Positions 15,501 to 25,475 of a stretch of 64,000 bases of DNA are shown here, piece after piece; the stretch's first letter is position 1, and the number at the start of each line of letters is the position of its first letter. Under the pieces are notes generated by a model. The model saw nothing but the letters and a program-made list of their open reading frames with translations. It was not told the DNA's origin and did no database searches. The stretch comes from Takakia lepidozioides (lineage: Eukaryota > Plantae > Bryophyta). Made by a program: the position numbers and the translations under genes. The stretch spans positions 5,642,001-5,706,000 of the forward strand of contig CM060731.1 in assembly GCA_030704615.1 (NCBI GenBank), written 5' to 3'.

Positions 15501-16077
15501 TAACAATGATAATGCTGCTTGACTTTCTGGAAAGAACAACAACTGCTCTTCTAATACCCTGCATGGAGCACCCATGAATGTGAATGAGAAAAGACATGGC
15601 AGCGAGGATATGAAAAATTGAACCGCTGTAGAAATTTCTATTACAATTGGTGGAGGTCCAAAAGGCCCAAGGGACACTACTTTGGCATTAGATGGTGTGG
15701 ATGGCGCAAATCCTACAAGCAAGCTAAACACCAAAATTGAAAGAGACCGTGTTGCAAATAAAGTAGACTACAAATAAACTAGTACAAAGAATATCGATCA
15801 TGTAACTTATCAGAACTAAGAGCTTAACATAATCCATTAGCCAAACAATTTGCAACTTCACGAGCGAAAGCGAAAACTGAGCCCTTTTCATTTTATTATT
15901 ATTATTATTATTCAGCAGTACTTAGAGCTACAAAACAACTCAAAGTTCAACCATTTCACAAAAGTGGAGGCTTCATGCATAGATAAAGAGAAAGAGAGGG
16001 AGAAACTTGATTGCTTGACTGTGCTTGAAATCTCGGATAAGGCCATAGACTGTGGCTGTAACTTGACCCCAAGCCAT
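1..16077 (-). CDS. IFT70: Intraflagellar transport protein 70 (TTC30/DYF-1/FAP259 homolog), multi-exon, 3' end runs off the window
   Basis: GT-AG exons join in phase: 16077-16007 (MAWGQVTATVYGLIRD), 15558-15454 (PESQAALSLLGYCHY), 14992-14920 (YNAQSLYK), 14668-14560, 14031-13955, 13580-13518, 13335-13278 (PELAYN), 12875-12809 (GVREHPELSVG), 11999-11915 (LKESALVEAFNLK), 11702-11613 (AKEALTDMPPRAEEELD), 4684-4604 (VTLHNQALMNMD..GFRKLNFLLQ), 4047-3916 (PPFPPETFGNLLLLYCKPSHGFYDLAADV), 3449-3399, 566-423 (LRRLTKHIQDARI), 30-1 (YIPVLMAMA). These are hallmark TTC30/IFT70 peptides and no stop appears in the spliced frame. A further upstream exon cannot be excluded. Confidence 0.95.
1234..1647 (-). mobile_element. 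Second, truncated and rearranged copy of the same Helitron-like element, head-to-tail with the first
   Basis: Shares GCGGTTTGGGAGATCTCAACGACGCTACAAAACAAAC (~1573-1610 vs ~3238-3275) and the ~105-bp repeat units. Confidence 0.65.
1234..3000. repeat. ~105-bp tandem repeats (CTCTAGGGTAGC..GTTGGCCCAAGTGTCAAGTGTCATCTAAG..CTCCTATGTCGAGGCCCAAGTG)
   Basis: About a dozen degenerate units are directly visible. They explain the repetitive pseudo-ORFs in the ORF track. Confidence 0.9.
1648..3302 (-). mobile_element. Non-autonomous Helitron-like element in an IFT70 intron
   Basis: On the minus strand it starts A|TCAATATAT followed by a (TTTG)n tract and ends GCCAATGGCACATGCTACCCTAG|T. This gives 5'-TC, 3'-CTAG, an A/T site and no TSD. 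The interior is mostly ~105-bp repeats of its own 3' terminus. Confidence 0.7.
3508..3820. repeat. Hairpin-rich dispersed repeat, copy 1 (inside IFT70 intron 3450-3915)
   Basis: Homologous to 30145-30515 (GTGTGAAACTAACTAGAA ... TTGACACCTGAA ... CGTCAGTCGTGCGGCTCA). Confidence 0.75.
7949..7974. repeat. (CT)n microsatellite
   Basis: Direct reading. Confidence 0.9.
8431..9221. mobile_element. piggyBac-like MITE (791 bp)
   Basis: TTAA at 8427-8430 and 9222-9225. Termini CCCCTAAGTGATGA and TCGTCGTTTAGGGG form an 11/14 inverted match. No coding capacity seen. Confidence 0.65.
10852..10902. repeat. (TA)n microsatellite
   Basis: Direct reading. Confidence 0.95.
12482..12526. repeat. (TA)n microsatellite
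   Basis: Direct reading. Confidence 0.95.
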
Positions 16078-17129
16078 GTTCTTCAAACTTTGCACATGTA
16101 TGTCATTTCTTCCACGAGTGCTCCACTAGTTTTATTAAACTTCTAATGTTTTGGATAGCTGATGGAACAATGCCAATAATTATGAAGTGCCAAAATAAAT
16201 ATTAACTATGTTTCATGTAGAAGAAAATCATTTGCCAGAAATGTTCTAGGGGTTTTTATTTTGCTTTAATTATCTTTATAAGGAAATGTGACATGGGAAT
16301 GATAGCAAGATGTAGTACAAACAGCTTATTATTATACCATTTCTACGCCGATTACAACTATAGTTAGCAAGCAAGTTATGTATGAAATTCTAGTAGGTTA
16401 TCATTGCCAACATTTCTATCCAATTGTGGAATTGCCATGTTTATTTATTTACAAGCTTTATAGAATCAACATAGTAAAACAAAGATATGAGTAAGAGTTC
16501 CTTGACCAAATGGGATTTGAAATCATTATGATGTGAATAAGAAACATTGTCACTCACATAGGAGCAGTTGGATGTTGATCCTATGCACAATGAAAGCTTT
16601 TGTCTTCTCTTACATAACTGAATCAAACAAGGTATTTTAGAAGTTGCACAACAGTTGGTCCTAAGAGGCAATACGGTAAGATAGTATACAACACTAGATT
16701 TGTCCAATTTAGACAAATTACATGTTCATTGGACAATGTGGATTTAGTGACTATAACGAATGTATCAATGGACGTTATAAATTGTTTGACCAAGTAATAA
16801 AATTGTTCTTTGAGTCGTAATATGATTTAATGTGAATAAACACAATAAATGGTTGTGAAGAAGATATTGGGACCAAGCCTTGCAGGACAGAATGAAATTT
16901 TTGAGTTAAATACAATGTTATACGATCATAATGTTGACAATGAAAACGAGCATCCATATCAAACATTTCTCATGTCCAAAGAACATTGTAATTCTACATG
17001 ATGTTTGTGACAAGTGCTAATATGCTTAATTTAGATGCACGAGGATGACGGAACTTTGATGTTTCATGAAATAATGAAGATCGGTAAGAGTTTGCACAAT
17101 TATGTTTGGTTTACTTAGGTTATGATAGC

Positions 17130-17300
17130 AAAATTGATGGTCCACATACCCTAGAAGAGGCTCTCAAATATAGGGAGGCCTCGAGATTGAAATTTAATGC
17201 TAGGAATGAGGAACATGCATCGCTTAATAACAACAATACTTGGAAGTTGTCTACATTTCCATTGAGGAGGAAAACGATTGGATATCAATAAATTGATTTA
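17130..17300 (+). pseudogene. Degenerate Ty1/copia reverse-transcriptase N-terminal fragment
   Basis: PHTLEEAL...EEHASLNNNNTWKLSTFPLRRKTIG resembles the copia pattern EPxxxxEAL...EExxSLxxNxTWxLxxLPxGRKxIGCKW. Confidence 0.6.
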
Positions 17301-18214
17301 CAAAATTATTATACAATGTTCATTTCATATTCAGTTTTCACACTAACCATGTTGAATGAACAAAGTATCGGTATGTTCCATGCTGTTGTTGTCCCTTCAT
17401 GATATTGTTGCAGTCTGTGAAAGATTTGGAATAGGTTCTGGATCTATAATTGGGATAGTATAAATCCAAGGATTTCATTGCCTTGCAACTTTTTGTGTTG
17501 GTGGATACCATTGCACTAAAGAATTCAAAACTAAGAAAAGTCTCAACTAACACAAGAGAACGAATGCAAAAAAAAAACATCCATGTAGAGCCCCTCCATG
17601 ACAAATGAATACCAGTGGTGGGGTGCAAGAGAGACAAAAGATTTTTGTAGATACCAAACCACAATAGTTGCATTAGGGTCTTGAGGCAAGAGATTAGGAA
17701 AGGAGATGACTTTTCTGGACCAGGCAAAATTATCGCAATATAGGAGTTGACGACTTCACTACCGTTACTTCTATGAGCAAGCTCACGTGAGTGTGGGATC
17801 CCGCTCACATGTCTATGCTTTAGTTGTATGGATAGTCGGGAATGGTTTAGTGAGCAACTATCCCAAGGGCCTACGGCCGTGGACGCCTACACGAAGATAG
17901 GGCTTATAGACGTGCGACCACTAACAACCTATGTCATACACATTACAAAAGGTGATTTAGCCAAGATTTGAAGACATTGTGAAAAAAAATTAGTGTTATT
18001 AATATTATTTAAAAACAGAGGAAGGGCCTTTCGTAGAAAGAAGAAAGAAGGTAAGTCTTCGTAGAAAGAAGGGTCCCCGGCCTCAAGCCCAACCATACCC
18101 AAGATTTGTCCTGAGTGATAACTTTGATGTCCATGTAGTATTTGTGTATGTTTAAGCTCACGGCCAATGCCAACAATGTGGGAGATGACTTGATGGTCAC
18201 CAATTTCAGGCTCA

Positions 18215-18723
18215 GCCTCTAACAAGACAACTCCAGATGTCACCATGGCGAGCTCAAAGGCTGGCCTAGCTGGCAGCTCCGTCAACCTGGCAGCTGCAGC
18301 TTGCCATGGCGCAGCCGTGGCAATCTTGACCCGCAAATCCGAGGATCCTCTGCCACTACACCCTTCCGCTAACACCGCAAAGATGAAGTGACCTCCCCAC
18401 TCTCACAGAGTGTTGCTGCTAGGCGGAACACTTCACTGGTCTTACCCCCCCCGACGTCGCAGATCAGGTTGCCGAGAACAGTGGGCCTGACACACAGAGG
18501 TGCCCGCCCCCAACAACACACTGGCTGCACTAGCCTTGGTAGCAGGTGTTAGTGTTGCACGTGTAGCTCTCCCCAGTGGTACAATAACGGCCTCTACTTC
18601 GGTATCCGTCGGGCGAGAACTAGGTGTCATGGATGTCGTCGACACTGTCTCCGCCAAGATGAATGATTGAGGCAACCTAGCCTAACGGTTTGCCTCCCCA
18701 CGCCGTGGATCCAACTTCACCTC
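18215..18723 (-). mobile_element. Fragment of the DNMT-carrying Ty3 family (pre-protease region), inverted relative to the 33-39 kb copy
   Basis: Near-identical peptides to 36720-37220: PQSFxLAETVST..., PLGRATRATLTPATKASAASVLLGA, SSDLRVKIATAAPWQAAAARLTELPARPAFE. Confidence 0.9.
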
Positions 18724-19048
18724 TGTTTACTCCAAAAAATCGAACCCTGAAAGCTATCGATTTTTTTGTCTATAACAGTACAAGGAGAGAGACAATATTC
18801 AGGCTTTCTATGCTGATGTTAAAAAACATGCTACGTTTGCTACAGATAACCGATGGTGTGTACCAATACCATACTCTTAGGCAACATTTTCTTCGTGTTT
18901 TGTCCAGGGACCTCCAAAAGGAAGTCATTTCTCGTGCCTTTACAAGTGATGAAGGAATGTTACAATACCTAGAGCAAATCATTGATTTAATGACTTGCAT
19001 AGCCCTTGGCAACAGCATAGCTCACATTGTTCAGACCTTGATGTGATT

Positions 19049-19660
19049 CACTACAACAGATGAGCGTTTTTATGACTGTATATATGACTATTTTTTCAGT
19101 CATATATGCATTCATGACTACATCACTCTGTATTGAAAAAAACGGCGTGATAGCGACTAGTCTTTAGGACTGCATTTTTCAAGTCATAGCCGTGACTGCG
19201 TGCGTGGCACCTGGAGTCATGCAAAAGATACTGATGTAGTCACAACTCTATGACTTACTTATGACTAACTATATGGCTACATTGTCTATTGAGGGTTGCC
19301 TACATGGAGAGGCTTTAGAGGAACACGTGCACCACTGTGCAAATGACACGTCACGCATCCGTGAGGGGATCATATGACTATATGTCTGCAGTGTGACGCC
19401 TACATGGAGAGGCGCCGGGTAGACACGTGCGCCACTGCGGATTTGACACGTCACAACTTCAGGCGTGATCATATGACTACATGTCTGCACAGTGATGCCT
19501 ACATAGAGAGTTGTTAGTAGGACACCTATTGCACTTCAAATGTGATATGTGGCACTTAGACAGAATATATGACTAGCATATATGACTATGAATCTTTACA
19601 CGTGGTGAAATATGGATAAAAGAATGTCGTGTCATATAATGCCACGTGTTCTAGTTTGAG
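19049..19660. repeat. CACTA TIR and subterminal repeats (ATGACTA motif; three ~95-bp units CCTACATGGAGAGG..GACACGTG..ATATGACTA)
   Basis: Direct reading. Confidence 0.8.
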
Positions 19661-20897
19661 CAGGGTTTATGCCACCTGTCATCAAGATGTTTTTTGAAAA
19701 TAATTTAATAGTTTATATTCATAATTTTAAATTCTTAAAGTTATATTTTATTTTTAAAAACAGGGGGATATCAGCTTGGTAAATTTTATTAAATGGTATT
19801 ATTGTTTAATTTATTAATATTATATATATATAGATTAAATGATTTAAATTCTTCATTACATGGTGAAATTCCAATAAACAGAATGGACCCCTCTTGCATA
19901 CTAGTTAGCAACCACAAGGACAATCAAAATAGACAAGTGCAGGGGAATACACGCCCTGTAAATTAAAATCCAGAGACCAATGTCCCAATGGACATCTCAA
20001 AGGCCAGAAGGTCCGAAAATCCATGCCTGAAAAGGCCCAGTAAGCAAAAAATAAGCAAGCCCACACATGGGCTGAATTGTTCTAGTACTAGTTTGTTCTG
20101 GTGCTTCTAGAATCAAGGACCCTGTTAAACAGTGCAATACTAGCTTTTTATCCCTTCTAAGGCTCCATAACTTTCAGCAACTTTAGACTCCAAAGCGTTG
20201 TCTGGCCAACCACATGCCCCAATTCGGTATGTTTCGTAACACCATTCACATATGGTAGAGGAGTGTAACTCACACTTGCCTCTTTGATGTACATACAGGC
20301 ATAGTCAAGGGGCACAGCAGGGTACCCGTAACTCACCACAACACCTTGAAGAGCAACAATCAGCCCTACTCCAACTTTCTTGCGTTTGGAGTTCACATCC
20401 AGCAGCCGAACCGCGTCACCCACCCTGAACTGTGATCCCAACTCACACAAAAACAACAAGTTGTGAAAACTCATGACCTGCACCACTACGATACTCAACA
20501 TTTAGGAATTAAAGAGAGCCCCGAGGTTGGAAAAAAATGAAACAGACAAGAGGAGGGCCTGGACTTACTCCATTTGCAATCTCGAGTGGTTGTGAGACCT
20601 CCTTTGGGGGGCTACTTGGCAGGTCGATAGTCTTGCCCCTGGCCTTTACTGGGTTCTCAACAAGGCCATCTTTCTTTGTCACAAGTTCTTGTGTCATAGA
20701 CCAGAAAACAACAGTGTATTAGTGAAGCCTCAAGGAAGAGTGAACATAAAACAAAACCCAAGCATAAATCAAACGAGAAAATCTAGCATGAAGACGTGCA
20801 AAGACAACCTAGCATTAATGAAGGAACTGAGGAGAAGCATCCAGGAAAGCAATGCAATGAAGGAACCCACAAATGTTCAAGCCTCACAAGTTTAGTG

Positions 20898-21689
20898 TCA
20901 GAATGTTTGTACCTTCTCAGTAGGATATGAAGCAGAGTTGTATGGTTGTTGTCCAAAACGGGCTGAGACTTCAAAAAAGCTGGAATACTGGCACTTTGGA
21001 TGCCTTCCACAAGAGAGGCCACACACATTTGTTAGATAATCATCACATGGCAAATCTGGTTGCACTTTCCATGGCGCTGGGAAAATCCCGCTGAATGGAG
21101 GATTGTTTGCTGCCTTTCGCGCAACAAGAACAGTGTCCAAGTGACTCCATTCTGACCACTCTGCCCAGACTCTAGACAAGTTCTTGTAGAACAACGGTTT
21201 TGAATCATACCCCTTACGAGATGAGAGGACTGGATCCTCGTCACAGTGAAGGGCATCCCACTGGAAAACAAGGTTAGTGTGGGCTGCAAAAATATAGTCC
21301 ACTATTGGGAAGAAGTTGCGAGCTTGGCAACAAGACCACACTGCCACCTCAAAGTGTTCAAAACACTTTTGCAAAAACTCAGAACAGCGTGGTCTCAAGA
21401 CTACCATCTTCTTGCCACACATCTTCCCCACAAAACCTTTGGGAAGGGATGCAACGCCAGTAGCAGAATAAAATGATTCACAAAGCAAACCGTTTAAGTC
21501 CAGAATTAGCAAATGCTTCCTTGCTGGTCCAGGAAGCAAACTGTCATCTGGCTTCAACATGTAAGCGGGAGAAAATACAGCAACATCCTTGTTTGTTTTG
21601 TCACAGTCTGCATCTGCATCTTCCTCCCCATGTAAACTTCGTGAGACCAACATACCAGAATCTGTTGTGTCAGGCTCTTCTATCACCAT
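20898..21689 (-). CDS. FCP1-homology/NIF (HAD superfamily) domain ORF within the CACTA
   Basis: DLNGLL motif I variant, RPxxxEFLxxCFxxFEVAVWS, KNLSRVW, NPPFSGIFP. Confidence 0.8.
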   Translation of the reverse strand: MVIEEPDTTDSGMLVSRSLHGEEDADADCDKTNKDVAVFSPAYMLKPDDSLLPGPARKHLLILDLNGLLCESFYSATGVASLPKGFVGKMCGKKMVVLRPRCSEFLQKCFEHFEVAVWSCCQARNFFPIVDYIFAAHTNLVFQWDALHCDEDPVLSSRKGYDSKPLFYKNLSRVWAEWSEWSHLDTVLVARKAANNPPFSGIFPAPWKVQPDLPCDDYLTNVCGLSCGRHPKCQYSSFFEVSARFGQQPYNSASYPTEKVQTF

Positions 21690-22124
21690 TGCCCCCTAGA
21701 CTGCTACTTCATTTGTATGTCGCTTGGGCTGACCTCCCGCATCTATCTCATAGCTAGCCTTCCCTGCATCTTGCTGCTGCTCGGACAAATTCAAACCATC
21801 ATCAGTGAGGGCAATACATGAGGGCTTAGAGTGAGCCCCAGTTACCGTCTGAAATTGCTCTTCCAAACATTTTGATACTATCACAACAGAAGTAGCCAAC
21901 GTAGATGTCACTAGGCCTGGGCCAGGTAGAGTAATCCCTAATCGCGCCACAATGGCTTTTTGGTAATCAATCATGCTCTGCATCTGTAATTTTAAATCTG
22001 ACATCGCATCCTTGTGATTCCACCAGTTTGTCCAAGCCCTCCATCCTGCCAACTACAGAAGCATATGCCCGACTCCCTTCTTGCCAATCCATGAAAACAT
22101 AGTTGAAACAAACCAAAAATGCCT

Positions 22125-22700
22125 AGCATGAACAATTGGAAAGAATGTACTCATAAGACGTTGTTTGTTGTAGCCTTGTGGCCATTGACCTTGCACCTAC
22201 TTTGAGCAAAACAATGATGCCCTCCCCCATGTCACAGACTGGAAACAAGTGAAGGTCAATTTTCTGCCTAACTTCATTTTCATCTGACAATATCATGGCA
22301 ACACCCGCTTGGGACACTACAGCCTCTAAGTCAGATTGGAAACAAGTCAAGGGAAGTTTTCTGCCTAACTTCATTTTCATCAGACAATTTAATGGCAACA
22401 ATGTTGGCTTTGGACACTACAGCCTTTAAGTCAGACTGGTTGGTTCGACACTGAACAATTGGAAAGAATGTACTCATAAGACGTTGTTTGTTGTAGCCTT
22501 GTGGCCATTGACCTTGCGCCTACTTTGAGCAAAACAATGATGCCCTCTCCCACGGAGTCAGACTGGAAACAATTGAAGGTCAGTTTTCTGCCTAACTTCA
22601 TTTTCATCAGACAATTCAATGGCAACAATGCTGGCTTTGGACACTACAACCTCTAAGGAGGACTGGAAACAAGTGAAGGGAAGTTTTCTGCCTAAAAATT
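22125..22700. repeat. Local tandem duplications inside an intron of the TnpA-like gene
   Basis: GAACAATTGGAAAGAATGTACTCATAAGACG occurs twice. GACTGGAAACAAGT..TTTTCTGCCTAACTTCATTTTCATC occurs about four times. Confidence 0.85.
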
Positions 22701-25475
22701 GGAAAGAAAACCTAGCCCAAAAATGTAGATAGAAAAAAAAACCTAGAAAGAATCAAGATGAAGCAACCAGGAAAGCAAACGTGGAAAATTGAATTACCTG
22801 CATTTCGCTCCCACCTGACATCCGTGACACTGAGCCCTCTTGAATTTCATGTAATGTAGGAGGGCACCCTGATAGTGCTTCCTGCAATTTATTTAACCCA
22901 TGCACAAACAAAAACATCCCACAAGTCAATAACCAATATGAGGGCACACTATATACACATAGTGTTTCAATGAGGAAAATACATAGTAGTGATGATGCCA
23001 CTTACCAAGCATTGCTCCACCATTGCCTTCCCACCACGGCCAATTTTGGTAGGATTTTGGATTGCACCATTTGCCTTCTTCATGTTGCCCGACACTTTTT
23101 GGAACACCTCTGTCTGCCAATAACTTACAAGTTTGTTCCATGTGTCATCAGATACAGTAATGGGTTTCTCCGTGCCACTCAACCACGCAGTGTGTGAATC
23201 AAAACGCTGGCTCTTCATTATATGACCAATCGTTTCTTTTAGGTGGCGGTCAGTCAACTGCTTTGGCGTATATGAAAATAGCTTAGCCAGGTGATCTCTA
23301 ATTTCGTGTACAAGTTCATCAGGTTGGTTGTTGATGGGAAGGGAACAATCTAGCTTACGAAGAGCCTATCCTTTAAGGGCAGCATGCCATACATTTCATG
23401 TCTGACCATACGGGGCTCCTTTGGTGTTCGTCATAACTACCGTCGGAGGAAGACTTGCAGGTATCCTCTCTTCCTTCACCTTCGCAGCCTCAACTTTGGA
23501 TGTGCTATTAGCCCTCCTTAAAGCATTGGTTCTATCTTTCTTTGTATTGGCACCCTCCCCTCCTTCAGAGACCTCTATTTGCACAGGAGAATTCACGGCA
23601 GGATCCCGCCAAGTAGGGACTGGTGGCCATGGCTGTTGGCCAGAAGGCCGAGGACCATACTGGCCATACTGTCCATAAGCAGGAGGATAGTCTCGTGGTC
23701 TGCCACCCCCATAGCTATTAGGGGGTGGCAAATATGGTGGAGGGGCGTACTGCCCATACTGCCCATACGCATCAACAGTTCCATATTGCCCCTCACCATA
23801 CTGAGTGCCAGCTTGTGGGTACTGAGGCATACCATAATAAGGTGGGGGTACTGGTGGCAGAGAACCAAAAACCTGGGGAGACTTAGGGCCACCTCCTGCC
23901 TTGTTGTGGGCGTCATCTCCATTGCTAGCAGCAGGGTCATGTTGATAGAGCGTTTGTGCTTGCCCTGAAAAGACAAACACCAAGTACAATGTGGGTGAAT
24001 CCACATACATATAGGCAGCAAGCAGCAAATCCTAGAATTCAAGTGGGTGTTCTCAATTCTTACTCCTTGATGGTCATCAGTATTTCAGGAAAGGCTGCCT
24101 ATGGTAATGTTGAAATGAAGTTACATCAGGGACTTGTTTGACATCAAGAACTGAAGAAGAATTAATAGGAGCTGAAAGCCAAGGAGAATGCCTTACAAAA
24201 GAAAGAACAGGTTTAGTTATGCTTCTCTGTCTGTATATGTTAAAGACAAGATTACCCAAAAGTCAATATGATCTTGGGTAGTAAATCTCCCAAATTTGAT
24301 TGGCCCCAATGATGTGCTCCCAATATTTTTCTGAACCCTTTTAGGTATGGGTTGTTCCTGAAAATCAATATCAAGCATTCAAAGCGACAAACCTGATGGG
24401 TCCATGAAAGATAAATGTCCCTGCAATTTGTCTGCTTGAAGTGTCTGGAAAGCCCTAACTAATTGCTTGTGCCAAGAACTGTGCACTACTGCTGTGAGCC
24501 CCTCATAACGAAAACAAAGCACCCCTCTATATTACACCAAAAGGAAAAACCACCACAAAGAATCAATGAAACAAAAACATACATTCTTTCAATCATGGTG
24601 AATGTGAAGAACTTCAACTCACAGACGGAGAAGGTGTTCGTAGTGTAGAAGATGGCCGTTTTTGTCCTGCCACATGAGCGTGGGCGACTTCTTCCCGGCT
24701 CGCCGTGGCATCCGCCGATGACGCAGTCGCCTCGCCCTGGCGTGGGAGGAGTGGATCGTCCTCGTCATCCTCATAAGAGCCCTCAGCATGCTCCATTGTC
24801 TTTGTCATCGTCTTCAGTCTGGCACTTTGCCTTGCAGGACATTTAGTACCTTTCTTCTTCCTAGTGCATGGCTTCTGAGGGCGTTTCACTCCTGGAAGCC
24901 TACACAAACACCTCCATGACCATTACAGGGAACAGTAAAAAAGACATGGAAGCACATACCCTAAACCTTAAGCCTACGCTAAAGCACAGCCGCACCCTAC
25001 CACTGAGTAATGGCTGCCCACGAATTGCGGACACCTCCCGCCTAATCACACACAGACACACCTGAAAGTGCCTACTCGTCACTCACCGCATCTTGCTTGC
25101 CTTTTCTGTTTGTAGAAGTTGCAGCTACCCCGCGTTCGTGCTATGAAGCTTATGAGAGCTACAGTAAGGTATGAGGAGAAGGTGAATCACGAAAACAGTG
25201 AGTGGGTAACCAAAGTCAAGAACTAAACTCACCCTTCTATCGACTGCCTGAACGTTGCTTCCACCTCCTTTATGGCAGCAACCCGTGCCTCTCGAAACTT
25301 CTCGTACTCTGTGAGAGGGACAGTCACCTCCAGGACCCTCCGCTTCACCATGGATACTTAGAGACTCTACTTACAGATGTAGTACACGATCTGCATATAG
25401 CACTGGTAGCTGGTGCAAATCAAGTTCAATCAGTGTGCATAGCATTCAAACAGGGTAGGGGGTGACGTTCAAAGC

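Larger units (their letters stand above)
20157..25091 (-). pseudogene. Multi-exon CACTA TnpA-like gene: PTTA/En-Spm-like domain + FCP1/NIF HAD domain + C-terminal Tnp1-like domain
   Basis: 23257-23000 KPITVSDDTWNKLVSYWQTEVFQKVSGNMKKAN...GRGG (PTTA-like). 21520-21030 KHLLILDLNGLL..LRPRCSEFLQKCFEHFEVAVWS..KPLFYKNLSRVW..DTVLV (NIF/FCP1-like). 20430-20160 VRLLD..KVGVG..VPLDYA..PLPY..LGHVVGQTTLW (TnpA C-terminal-like). Exon boundaries are only partly resolved. Confidence 0.7.

Noticed and set aside
18690-19046. Gag-like 118-aa ORF
   Set aside because: Weak resemblance only, with no diagnostic motif.
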